Source of the DNA: Candidatus Uhrbacteria bacterium
Lineage (GTDB): Bacteria > Patescibacteriota > Patescibacteriia > UBA9934 > GWF2-40-263
Length of the DNA stretch: 54,623 nt
Direction of reading: 5' to 3'
Assembly (NCBI GenBank): GCA_016188475.1
Contig: JACPHT010000005.1
Span: forward strand, 1 to 54,623
Position numbers and translations under genes: made by a program. Shown here piece after piece: positions 9,831 to 19,188 of this stretch. Under the pieces are notes generated by a model. That model was not told the origin of the DNA and searched no databases. It was given only the letters and a program-made list of their open reading frames with translations. Position 1 is the first letter of the stretch; each line of letters starts with the position of its first letter.

Positions 9831-10319
9831 ATGGACAGTATAAAAACGCTGGCGACTTTTCAGGGGGCTGTGTTGACGATTTTTTTGGGCGTGTCCGAAT
9901 CGACAATGACACTGAATGATCATGATGTGTCGACATTGAGCGTAATCGGCGCAATGTTCGCTATTGCCTCAATCTCGGCATTGATCGCGGCGATATTCAA
10001 ATCAAGACTTGCTCTCTACATCATGACCGCTTCCATAATCGCTTTTGCCACAGTATTCGGAACGTTTGCAACCTTCCCTACGGATATCATCGTTTTTGTG
10101 GCACTTTGGATCTGTTTCATGCGCACAGTAGATGAATCCAGACTTTTGCCGGTTTGGGTCTTACCACTCGCAATCACAGAAATACTTGGTATATTTCTGC
10201 CGCTTCGTCTCAATGAACCTGTCGGTTTCATTATCGGAATAGCGTGCGCAATAGCTCTTATTGGATGCGGTAACTTTCTCAACGATCAAAAAGCTCTCAA
10301 ACCCTCTTCTCCCGCATAA
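9831..10319 (+). CDS. Hypothetical membrane protein
   Basis: 162 aa, several hydrophobic helices, purine-rich SD-like sequence upstream. Confidence 0.7.
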   Translation: MDSIKTLATFQGAVLTIFLGVSESTMTLNDHDVSTLSVIGAMFAIASISALIAAIFKSRLALYIMTASIIAFATVFGTFATFPTDIIVFVALWICFMRTVDESRLLPVWVLPLAITEILGIFLPLRLNEPVGFIIGIACAIALIGCGNFLNDQKALKPSSPA

Positions 10320-10648
10320 CCATCGTGTTGTGCGGATTTTTTCTTTTCCAACATGACTTAACGCGGTCGTTCACATTCTATATTCGCTGACACTTGTTTT
10401 AATGAATGATTAATTTCAAATACCATTGATAGTAGCAGTTGTGCTATGTCGTAGGGAACAGCGGCGACAGTCCGATGGCCCGGAGACATGGCGCAACTGA
10501 TACTAATGCCCAATTAAGACATTTGATCATTTGACATTTGATATTTTCAGATACAGCGGTCAAGAACAGAGGATGTACACAACCAGCTCACAACTTGACT
10601 CTTTTCAACCATAATGTAAACTAACGCCGTTCTTAAACAAAACCAATT

Positions 10649-10671
10649 CCACGGCTAAAGCCGTGGGCTAC
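10649..10671 (-). repeat. GTAG-type REP-like palindrome
   Basis: Minus strand GTAGCCCACGGCTTTAGCCGTGG; near-identical copy at 32627-32649. Confidence 0.65.
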
Positions 10672-10731
10672 CAATCTCATCACTAAAGCCTGCGGCTACC
10701 AAAAACCCAAAACCTAAAACCTGATTATTCT

Positions 10732-11001
10732 ATGCCTATCCTAGAAAACGCCAAAAAAGCGCTTCGACAAAGCGTGAAACACGAAAAACGAAATCAGACT
10801 ATCAAAGCCGAGATTCACTCTTTGCGTGTTAAGCTTCGCAAAGCTGTCACATCAAAAAAAATCGATGAGGCAAAAGAGGTCGTCAAACTAATTGGAAAAA
10901 AGCTCGACAAAGCGCAATCAAAAAAGATTTTCAAAAAAAATACCGTGGCTCGATTAAAGTCACGAATGATGCAAAAAGTAAACGCGCTCAAGATTTCGTA
11001 A
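10732..11001 (+). CDS. rpsT: 30S ribosomal protein S20
   Basis: AKKALRQS..RN, LDKAQSKKIFKKNTVARLKSR. Confidence 0.95.
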   Translation: MPILENAKKALRQSVKHEKRNQTIKAEIHSLRVKLRKAVTSKKIDEAKEVVKLIGKKLDKAQSKKIFKKNTVARLKSRMMQKVNALKIS

Positions 11002-11968
11002 GTAAATGGTCTGTAACAAGATCAGTTGCAAGATCGGCCGAAATCCGGCCGGTTTTTATTTTCAAATCATATTCAAACAAAAGATCATGAGCTGTTTTCA
11101 AATCATTGAATGTAAAGAGTCGCGCTTGATCCAAAGATTTTTGCGCAACAAATGGATGAACACCAAGCTCTTCTGCAACTGTTTGCTTTGTTACACGCGG
11201 ATCTTGATCGAGCAGTGCGCGAGCTCCAAGCAAAATCCGAACCTGTCGTCCGAGCATTGTCAAAAGATAGTGATCGTCCGATCCTGCAGAACGTTCTTCT
11301 TCAAGTAAACGAATCGCGCGCGATGTTTGTTTTTTAGAAATCGCATCAATGAGCTCGAAAATCTTTCCTTCAAATGTTGCGTGCACAAGTTCATCAACCA
11401 TTTCTTTTGTGATGGTTTTGCCGTTACTGAAAGCAACTAGTTTTTCAATCTCATGCGACATTTGCCACAAGTCACTTCCAACTCTTTCAATAATCGCTGA
11501 AAGCGCGTCTGGTTCGATAAAACCTCCAAGTTTTTTCACGCGATCTGATATCCATGTTGTCAATGCAATACCAGAAAGAACAGGAAATGAATAAGTATGA
11601 ACTTCTGCCGTTTTTGAAAGTTCCTTTACCCAAGTTTTTTTCTCTGCAGCTTTTGCCTCGATTGCTTCCCAAAGAATAACAATACTCGATTCTGGCATGC
11701 GGCCAAATCCATCAAGCCAAATTTTTTCATCAGGTTTTTTCAAAAAAGAAAATAAACCGTTCACAAGCACCATTCGACGAGAACCTAAAAAAGGAAACGA
11801 GCACATTGATTGTAAAACATCTGACACTTCAAGTTTGTTTGAATCATCAGACGGAAAATCAACAATATTGTATCCTGTTGGATCAAATTTTTGTCGAAAC
11901 GCGTCTTTCAGTTGCCGAACTTTTTCCACAACGCGAAATGCGTCTTCACCGTAAACAAGAATGAGCAT
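10988..11968 (-). CDS. holA: DNA polymerase III delta subunit
   Basis: LILVYGED, SFPFLGSRRMV, EIEKL, HPFVAQK, DLKIKTG; adjacent to rpsT. Confidence 0.93.
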   Translation of the reverse strand: MLILVYGEDAFRVVEKVRQLKDAFRQKFDPTGYNIVDFPSDDSNKLEVSDVLQSMCSFPFLGSRRMVLVNGLFSFLKKPDEKIWLDGFGRMPESSIVILWEAIEAKAAEKKTWVKELSKTAEVHTYSFPVLSGIALTTWISDRVKKLGGFIEPDALSAIIERVGSDLWQMSHEIEKLVAFSNGKTITKEMVDELVHATFEGKIFELIDAISKKQTSRAIRLLEEERSAGSDDHYLLTMLGRQVRILLGARALLDQDPRVTKQTVAEELGVHPFVAQKSLDQARLFTFNDLKTAHDLLFEYDLKIKTGRISADLATDLVTDHLLTKS

Positions 11969-11969
11969 A

Positions 11970-14552
11970 TTATTTCATCTCTCCCCAATTTGGACCTACT
12001 TCAATTTCCACTATTAAAGGAACTTCAAATGACGAGACGCTTTCCATCATTTCTTTTACTCCACGCGCGACTTGATCCGCAACATCGCGATCAGCTTCAA
12101 AAACCAATTCATCGTGAACTTGCATAAGCATCGTTGCAGAAAGCTGGCTTTGTTTTAACCATCCGTCAACTGCTAACATTGCTTTTTTCATTATATCAGC
12201 CGCTGTTCCTTGAATTGGCATATTGATTGCCATTCGTTCAGCCGCGGCAATAAGCATTGGAACTCCTGAATTGATTTCTGGAAAATAGCGACGGCGACCA
12301 AACATTGTTTCAACAAATCCATCAACATGAGCTTTGGTTTTTGTTTCGTCAAGATAAATTTGAATTGCGTGATGAATTTCAAAATAACGATCAATAAAAA
12401 TTTTGGCTTCTGAAAACGATAAACCAGTTGAACGAGAAAGGGAATGGGGCCCCATGCCGTAAAGAATTCCAAAATTGATCGCTTTGGCGGCACGACGTTG
12501 TTCTTTTGTCACTTGATTTTCATCAATCTCCCAAATCTCAGAAGCTGTGCGTGTGTGAATGTCAGCACCTTGTTTGAAAGCTTCAATAAACGGCTTGTCT
12601 TTGGCAATTATAGCCGCGAGTCGAAGTTCAATCTGCGAATAATCAGCCGCGATCAAAACCTTTCCTTTCGGAGCAACAAACGCTCGACGAATTTCACGTC
12701 CAAGCTCGGTTTTGATCGGAATATTTTGCAAATTAGGTTCAGAAGACGAAAGACGACCGGTTGATGTTACGGTTTGATTATAAGTTGTGTGAACACGACC
12801 GTTTTTATCAACCAATTTTGGAAGCGCTTCAACGTAAGTTGATTGTAATTTCGCAAGTTCGCGGTGCTCGCTGATAAGTGGAATGATCTCGTGAGCGTCC
12901 CAAAGTTTTTCAAGTTCAGAAGCGGCAGTTGAATAACCAGTCTTTGTTTTTTTGATTCCTTTTGTTGGCAGTTTTAATTTTTCAAACAAAACTTCAGCAA
13001 GCTGGATTGGCGATTGAACATTAAAATCAACTTCAACGAATGAATGAATTTTTTTCTCAAGTTCTGACAGACGTTTTTCTAAATTTTTCGCAAAAATTTC
13101 AAGCGCTTTTGTATCAAGAAGGACTCCATGTTTTTCCATTTCAAACAAAATCGAAATAAGCGGCATTTCCATTTCTTCAAAAATCGAAAAAACATTTACG
13201 CTCTTTAATTTTTGTTCAAGTTGTTCAGCAAGTTTTGAAAACGTCGCAACTAATCGGCCAAGACGTTCATAATCTTTCTGCGTTGCGTACGAATTTGGCA
13301 ATTCCGGAGACAAATCTTGCGAACGCGAACCGGAATTCAATAGATATGTTGCGATCATAATATCGAATGATTGTTTAATAACCCAATCTGTTTGATGCAA
13401 CAAACGCTTGAGATTGTGTGTGATGACAACAGATTTTTCAAAGACTTTTTTTATTTCAACAAAATGTTTTTGAGCTGGATTTGGAACAACGATCGTTGTT
13501 TTTCCATCAGACACGGCGATCGCGGCTTGTGTTGAACCAAAAAGATCAGCTTGCTGTTCAGCAATAAAAATACCAAGCCGGCTGTTCATTTTATCCAAAA
13601 CTTTTTTGATCTCTGTCTCATCTCGCAAAATTTCGATCGCCCCCTGTTGGGCTTTCTGCTGTTTTTCCTGTTTCACTTCTCCAGCATGTTTCCTCAACAA
13701 CGTTCTAAACTCCAAACGCTGATACATCTCACGAACAGCATCCCAATCAGGCTCTTTTGTTTGCGCTGAAGAAAAACTAAAATCTGTTTTTACATTGCAA
13801 ACAACAGTAACCAATTCTCTCATTTCTTTCGCTTGCTCTTCTTTTCCTCGTAATTTTTTTGCAATTTTTTCTTCGATCTTTCCACTTTCAAGAGCAGAAA
13901 AAATTCCATTCAAAGTTTTATATGTTTTTAATAAATCTGTCGCTGTTTTCTCACCAATCCCGACAACTCCAGGCAAATTGTCAGACGGATCACCACGAAG
14001 CGCTTTGTAATCAATCAACTGTTCTGGTTTCAAACCATATCGTTCTTCAACAGCTTTTTCATCGTAAATTTTTGTTTCTGAAATTCCTTTTTGAAAAAAA
14101 ACAACCTTTGTGTGAGGTTTAACAAGCTGAAGCGAATCTAAATCTCCTGTAACAATCAACGTTTCAAAATTTTTTTTCTCTGCAGTGTTGGCAAGAGTTC
14201 CAATAATATCATCGGCTTCAAAACCTTTTGCTGAAATCGACGGAATGTAAAAAGTTTTCAAAATATCCTGAATGATCGGAATCTGATCATAAAGTTCTTG
14301 TTCTTTTTTTTCGCGCGTGGCTTTATATGCCTCGTATTTTTCGTGTCTGAATGTTTTACCAGGCAAATCCCACGCAACCGCCATGTAATCAGGTTTGAAC
14401 TGTTCGCGCATTTTTTCTAAAACCATTGAAAATCCATACGCGGCATTCACAACTAAACCGTCTTTTGTTGTAAGCGGTGGGATAGCGTGCCACGCCCGAT
14501 GAAGAAGGGCATTGCCATCAAGAACCAAAAACGTTTGCGCTTGCTTTGACAT
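11970..14552 (-). CDS. polA: DNA polymerase I
   Basis: 5'-3' exonuclease (LDGN, EADD, GDPSDN); ADYSQIELR, AKAINFGILYG, QVHDEL. Confidence 0.98.
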   Translation of the reverse strand: MSKQAQTFLVLDGNALLHRAWHAIPPLTTKDGLVVNAAYGFSMVLEKMREQFKPDYMAVAWDLPGKTFRHEKYEAYKATREKKEQELYDQIPIIQDILKTFYIPSISAKGFEADDIIGTLANTAEKKNFETLIVTGDLDSLQLVKPHTKVVFFQKGISETKIYDEKAVEERYGLKPEQLIDYKALRGDPSDNLPGVVGIGEKTATDLLKTYKTLNGIFSALESGKIEEKIAKKLRGKEEQAKEMRELVTVVCNVKTDFSFSSAQTKEPDWDAVREMYQRLEFRTLLRKHAGEVKQEKQQKAQQGAIEILRDETEIKKVLDKMNSRLGIFIAEQQADLFGSTQAAIAVSDGKTTIVVPNPAQKHFVEIKKVFEKSVVITHNLKRLLHQTDWVIKQSFDIMIATYLLNSGSRSQDLSPELPNSYATQKDYERLGRLVATFSKLAEQLEQKLKSVNVFSIFEEMEMPLISILFEMEKHGVLLDTKALEIFAKNLEKRLSELEKKIHSFVEVDFNVQSPIQLAEVLFEKLKLPTKGIKKTKTGYSTAASELEKLWDAHEIIPLISEHRELAKLQSTYVEALPKLVDKNGRVHTTYNQTVTSTGRLSSSEPNLQNIPIKTELGREIRRAFVAPKGKVLIAADYSQIELRLAAIIAKDKPFIEAFKQGADIHTRTASEIWEIDENQVTKEQRRAAKAINFGILYGMGPHSLSRSTGLSFSEAKIFIDRYFEIHHAIQIYLDETKTKAHVDGFVETMFGRRRYFPEINSGVPMLIAAAERMAINMPIQGTAADIMKKAMLAVDGWLKQSQLSATMLMQVHDELVFEADRDVADQVARGVKEMMESVSSFEVPLIVEIEVGPNWGEMK

Positions 14553-14561
14553 GATGCCAGT

Positions 14562-15323
14562 TTAGCATGGCTTCTCGGCTTTGTCCCAAATCAAGTCAAA
14601 AAGCGTTTCATAGCTTCTAGCAATATCGCCGGATGCCAAAATAATCATTGTATTTTCCTTTCGTGTTGTGATGAACGCAACGTTCCCAGCAAAAGTAATA
14701 ATGGTGGCAGGAAGAACAGTCCCGGCTGGAAGGAAACGAGACTCGCGCAATTCTTCTTTGTCTTTTTCAACTATCTTTTTTCCATCGCGACTTTTTGGTA
14801 TAAGTTGGCGACTCTTGATCCCACGTTTTATTCTTTCCGCAATCACTCGTTTCACAATGTAATGCTCTTTTACATAATCAAGAAGTCCAACCCCTGTTGT
14901 TATCAGACGATATTCTTTTACACCGGACTGAAAAAGTTGTTTCCACATTCGCTTGAATCCGTCTGTGCCTTCATAAATCGTAACCCCAGGTCCTTCTTCA
15001 ACTGTATCTTTGAGCAACTGAAGCAAAGGTATTGTTTTTAAAAATAATTTTCCTCGTTCTCTCATTACCATTTCAAGAGTGTCTGGTGGTTCTGCAATAT
15101 AAACTGTTGTTTTTTTCTCTTTACCCAAACGAAAAACTTCGTGGCGAACCAGTCGCTCTAAAATTGGATATAAAGTTGTGCGAGGTAATTCTGTACGTCT
15201 TGAAAGGCCAAGGACTGTTGAAGATCCAAGTTCAAGACCAGCCAAATATACTTTGACTTCTTTCTCGTCAAGTCCGTACGCGCCAAGTCCCTTTATGAGA
15301 TCCGGCGGATATTTCATACGCAT
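14562..15323 (-). CDS. TrmB-family HTH transcriptional regulator
   Basis: GLDEKEVKVYLAGLELG..LPRTTLY wHTH; YEGTDG; FDLIW C-terminus. Confidence 0.85.
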   Translation of the reverse strand: MRMKYPPDLIKGLGAYGLDEKEVKVYLAGLELGSSTVLGLSRRTELPRTTLYPILERLVRHEVFRLGKEKKTTVYIAEPPDTLEMVMRERGKLFLKTIPLLQLLKDTVEEGPGVTIYEGTDGFKRMWKQLFQSGVKEYRLITTGVGLLDYVKEHYIVKRVIAERIKRGIKSRQLIPKSRDGKKIVEKDKEELRESRFLPAGTVLPATIITFAGNVAFITTRKENTMIILASGDIARSYETLFDLIWDKAEKPC

Positions 15324-15447
15324 ACATAATCACAATAGATTGATTTTTCTAAAATAGGAAGTGTTGTCGAAAAATAGGACACATTCTATTGGAATATTTT
15401 CACTATAAATTACTCTGTCATTAGACAACAGAAAAAGGGGGTGCCCC

Positions 15448-15792
15448 GTGATCGCTTTGACCATGTTCAACCTTTCGATCCTGTACTTGTGCGCGCACTT
15501 CATTGGTGACTTTGCCTTCCAGAGTGCGTGGATGGCAATGGAGAAAGGGAAGAACGTCGAAGTGCTGATCTATCATAGCGCGACATACACAGCTCCGTTC
15601 GCGGCCTTGCTCGCACTGCTCGATGGTCGCTCACCACTGGTTCCAAGCGTTCTGTTCGCACTTGTTATCTTTGGAACGCATGTGCTGATCGACACGCTCT
15701 CGGCACGACTGAAGGTAATCAAGACAATCTGGGCTGACCAGTTGTGCCATTTCGCAGTGATTGCGCTTCTGCTCTTTGTCGGTTGGCTTTGA
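15448..15792 (+). CDS. DUF3307-family membrane protein
   Basis: AHFIGDFAFQ, H..Y, H..ID, DQ..H motifs. Confidence 0.85.
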   Translation: MIALTMFNLSILYLCAHFIGDFAFQSAWMAMEKGKNVEVLIYHSATYTAPFAALLALLDGRSPLVPSVLFALVIFGTHVLIDTLSARLKVIKTIWADQLCHFAVIALLLFVGWL

Positions 15793-15928
15793 ACCGACTC
15801 TAGCTCCCACACCATGCCCGCCAAAGCCTTGGCGACGGCGGGTCGGGAGCTTTTTCTTCAAAATAAAAAACCGCACTTTCGGAGTTTCCGATTATGCGGT
15901 AGTTGAGAGCATCAGAACGCGAGCATGA

Positions 15929-16975
15929 CTAGGCGATTGCTCTTGAAAAGTCGCCCGAGGTTGCGCGATCGATCATGGCGGTGAACGCAGTGTTGCCGGC
16001 CGCGTATCCCTCGATCGTTGTGATGTGCAGACGATTTGGTCCACCATTGTTCTGCCTTGCGGCAACGAAACCGGTCTCGACGTCGATTCTCTGCGGGGCC
16101 GGGTCAGTTTTCTGTATTTCGATCACTGACTGGCCGATGCACAGAGTGATCTGGAAACCTTTTTCGCTGGTCAGAGACACTACGGCCGGAACGAGCAACC
16201 GCTTGCCGTTCTTCACGGCAGTGACAATGATCGTCGTGCCGTCTTTATCGACTGGAAGGGAAAAGTCCTCGATCTTGTCGACTGACAGGCCTTTCACGAT
16301 CCACTTCGGACGCTCGCCAGTTTCGAACACCTGCGTGATCTGATCAGTATTGATCGCGAAGACCTGTTGGCCGTCCATCTGCGCAACGATCACGATATTT
16401 TTGCAAGCGATCCCGAAGGTCGGAATCCCTGCATTGATCGGAGTCATTATCTCGGTCAGCTGATCAGTTCCTTTGTTTCTGCTCGCGCACAAAGTACGCT
16501 CACCCTGGCGGGAAAGGAGCAGAAGTGTGGACGATTCAGAACTAAAGACGTTTCCGTCAGTATCGAATATGGCTTCACAGAAGTTTTCGTACGCCTTGTC
16601 GGTCAGCCTGTCGGTCCTGATTCCTGTGTCCCATGCAGAGACTATGACTCCGCTGTCCATAGCCGAGATGAATGAAGCGTAATTGTGGCCCGGAAGAAGC
16701 ATTTCGATTGCGTCTTCCTTTGTGATGACTCCAGAGATCGATGCGATGTCAGCTGCTGTACAGCCGATGAGAACTTCGGGATCTACGAAAATCAGGTGAG
16801 CATTCGTGCCGTCCTGACTTATTCCGAAGCAGATGATTCCTGCAGGAGGTAGCCCATTGGAAACCAACTGGCTGGTGAGCTCGGCGATCTGCTTCTGGGG
16901 GCCAACCGCGCTTTTGAGCGAGGTTATGCCCCCTTTTCCCCTGAAGTCGATCTGCCTCTCATGGATCTGTTTCAT
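15929..16975 (-). CDS. Hypothetical protein (beta-strand-rich)
   Basis: Long ORF; likely start MKQIHERQ at 16975 after AAGAAAGAGGG; GC-richer than core genes. Confidence 0.7.
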   Translation of the reverse strand: MKQIHERQIDFRGKGGITSLKSAVGPQKQIAELTSQLVSNGLPPAGIICFGISQDGTNAHLIFVDPEVLIGCTAADIASISGVITKEDAIEMLLPGHNYASFISAMDSGVIVSAWDTGIRTDRLTDKAYENFCEAIFDTDGNVFSSESSTLLLLSRQGERTLCASRNKGTDQLTEIMTPINAGIPTFGIACKNIVIVAQMDGQQVFAINTDQITQVFETGERPKWIVKGLSVDKIEDFSLPVDKDGTTIIVTAVKNGKRLLVPAVVSLTSEKGFQITLCIGQSVIEIQKTDPAPQRIDVETGFVAARQNNGGPNRLHITTIEGYAAGNTAFTAMIDRATSGDFSRAIA

Positions 16976-17093
16976 CGAACCCTCTTTCTTTTTTGCCCTG
17001 TTCGGGCCGTTTAGCTGTGCTTTACCTGAACATACAGGCAAGCAGGCGACCGATAGTGTGCCTGAAGAAAAAATAAGTGTCAACATGATAGGT

Positions 17094-17352
17094 CACTCAA
17101 GTGGCTTTTGTGGTCTACAAAAAAACCACAGAACAAATCTGAGGTTTTTTTGTGGGGCGACCACCGGGAATTGCCCGCGCCTCTCGCCTCTGCAGAGGCT
17201 CGGGCTGGGCACCGCCTCGCCACGGCGTCTGCTGACGCCGTATGGCTCCGGCGTTCAATTCCCGACAAAAGCCACTCAAGTGGCTTTTGTGGTCTACAAA
17301 AAAACCACAGAACAAATCTGAGGTTTTTTTGTGGGGCGACCACCGGGAATTG
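17094..17352. repeat. 80-bp direct repeat (17094-17173, 17273-17352) that includes the tRNA-His 3' end
   Basis: cactcaagtggc...ccaccgggaattg occurs twice, offset 179. Confidence 0.92.
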
Positions 17353-17407
17353 AACCCGGATCAGGAGAGCCACAATCTCCTGTGTTAACCGTTACACCAT
17401 GGCCGCC
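17332..17407 (-). tRNA. tRNA-His(GTG)
   Basis: G-1 GCGGCCATGGTGTAACGG..GGAGA-TTGTGGC-TCTCC..GGTTCAATTCCCG..CCA. Confidence 0.95.
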
Positions 17408-17419
17408 ATACTAAACAAG

Positions 17420-17496
17420 TGGTGGCCCGAGAGGGAATCGAACCCCCAACCTTGAGTTTAGAACACTCCTGCTCTATCCAGTTGAGCTATCGGGCC
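17420..17496 (-). tRNA. tRNA-Arg(TCT)
   Basis: GGCCCGATAGCTCAACTGGATAGAGC..GAGT-GTTCTAA-ACTC..GGTTCGATTCCC..CCA. Confidence 0.93.
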
Positions 17497-17596
17497 GCGC
17501 AGACAGTGTAATCTATCTTGCTTTTTTTGTTGAGTCAATAGACTTGACAAGCACAAAAAAATATGGAAAACTGCGATGTCAGAAAAGGAGGGCTTG

Positions 17597-17800
17597 ATGA
17601 GCCAAGTCACGGAAGGCACACTTTCAATCTCTTACGGTCATGGCGGAAGATTCTACTGCAAAACCAAGCGCAGAAAAGTCTTGCTCGGAAAATGTCTTGA
17701 CGATTATGTAAACATGAACGCACTTGAAAGAACAAAGGCCGCGTGCTGGAAATGCGGTCAGGGCCGCAAAGTGCGAACAAACTTTTCAATGGAAGGCTAA
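17597..17800 (+). CDS. Small 4-Cys basic protein (paralog A)
   Basis: SD AAGGAGG then ATG 17597; FYCK..KCLDDYV..CWKCGQGR. Confidence 0.75.
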   Translation: MSQVTEGTLSISYGHGGRFYCKTKRRKVLLGKCLDDYVNMNALERTKAACWKCGQGRKVRTNFSMEG

Positions 17801-18102
17801 TGGAAATGCCAGATATTGAAAGCGACTTCTATTGCAAGGGAAGACGAAGGAGGGTTCAGTACGACAAATGTCTAGATGACTACGTGGATGCTAACTTTTC
17901 AAGGGAGTCTGCCAACGACCTACGAAAAGTCATGGAGGACAGGACTAAGCTCTGTTTAATACATAAGAAAGCAAAAAAGTCTTCATGCTGGCGCTGTCCA
18001 CAAGGGCGTAGAATCAGAGAAGTATTTGCCGAAGAAGGCTTCGCTCTTCTGACCAGTATGACACTTGTGGACGTGCTTCGGATGTTGAGATCCTTCGACT
18101 AA
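17800..18102 (+). CDS. Small 4-Cys basic protein (paralog B)
   Basis: TAATG coupling to paralog A; FYCK..KCLDDYV..CWRCPQGR. Confidence 0.75.
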   Translation: MEMPDIESDFYCKGRRRRVQYDKCLDDYVDANFSRESANDLRKVMEDRTKLCLIHKKAKKSSCWRCPQGRRIREVFAEEGFALLTSMTLVDVLRMLRSFD

Positions 18103-18116
18103 TTCTCTGAGCGGCT

Positions 18117-19055
18117 TCACGATAAGTCGCTCGTTTTTTTATTTTGCCCATGAAACTTTTTGTGAACTTCTTTCATCTGCTTGTTTGTTATGTGAGTGTA
18201 AACTTGTGTTGTGGTAATTGATTCATGTCCAAGCATTGATTGAACAGATCTTATATCAGCGCCAGACAGTAATAAGTCTGTCGCGAAAGTGTGTCGCAGT
18301 GTATGTGGTGTAATTTTTTTTGTAATTCCTGCTTCTGTCGCATCTCGCTCAACAATTCTCTGAATAGACCGCGCAGTGATCGGCCCAGTACTTTTTCGTC
18401 CCGCTTTTGCGCGGTCATGAGACACAAACATAAACGAGGAAGTATCATGACGTTTAGCAAGATATAATTTCAAGGCTTCTTTTGCTGAATCAGACAAAAA
18501 AACAATCCGTGGCTTGTCGCCTTTGCCGCGAACAGTAAATTCATCGCGCTTCAAATTCACTTGTTCAATTTTCAAATTTGCAAGTTCGCTAACGCGCATT
18601 CCAGTTGCAAATAAAAGTTCCAAAATCGCAAAGTCACGCATACCAATAATTCCAATGGCTTTCTTTTTTGCGACTGAAAGCAAACGATTCAATTCTTCAG
18701 CTTCCAAAAATTCAACAGTTCGTTTTGATTGTTTGGCAAGTTCTATCTGTTCTGGAGGAAGTGAAGAAATATTCTGACGAACAAGATATTTCAAAAAAGA
18801 TCGAAGCGCGATGAGATGATAATTCTGCGTGCTTTTTTTCAAAGTCTCTCCTTCACGACCTTCTGTTAAACGATTTAACCAAAGACGATATCTGTGCACA
18901 GTCTCTCGACTAATTTTTTTTGCGATTGGACTCCCAGCCCATTTTGAAAATCGTTTCAAATAAAAATCATAATTACGAATCGTTCTTTGTGAACGTCCTC
19001 GCTCGACTTCAAGGTATTCAAGAAAATCCGTAATTAACGCATCAATCGACTTCAT
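18117..19055 (-). CDS. Tyrosine recombinase, XerC/XerD family
   Basis: SAM-like N-terminus; TGMRVSEL, GKGDKPR, HTLRHTFAT, LGH..TTQVYTH; likely start MKSID at 19055. Confidence 0.95.
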   Translation of the reverse strand: MKSIDALITDFLEYLEVERGRSQRTIRNYDFYLKRFSKWAGSPIAKKISRETVHRYRLWLNRLTEGREGETLKKSTQNYHLIALRSFLKYLVRQNISSLPPEQIELAKQSKRTVEFLEAEELNRLLSVAKKKAIGIIGMRDFAILELLFATGMRVSELANLKIEQVNLKRDEFTVRGKGDKPRIVFLSDSAKEALKLYLAKRHDTSSFMFVSHDRAKAGRKSTGPITARSIQRIVERDATEAGITKKITPHTLRHTFATDLLLSGADIRSVQSMLGHESITTTQVYTHITNKQMKEVHKKFHGQNKKTSDLS

Positions 19056-19188
19056 ATGACTTAATTGACTATGTTGACTTTCCTTCATTATACGACACTT
19101 TTATCCTTTCCTCATCTTAACCCTTTATGCTAGTATGTGTTTACTAAACTTCTCTAACTTCTTGCTTCTTTATCCTTGCTTCTAATTT

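Noticed and set aside
15816-15843. GC-rich hairpin cccgccaaagccttggcgacggcggg as a third repeat family
   Set aside because: Only one clear copy plus a weak partial match near 8360; may simply be a terminator
17094-17352. CRISPR array
   Set aside because: Only two 80-bp copies, derived from a tRNA end; no cas genes
18117-19088. Recombinase as a prophage/ICE integrase
   Set aside because: Size and motifs fit housekeeping XerC/D; there are no phage or conjugation genes, and it lies outside the tRNA duplication
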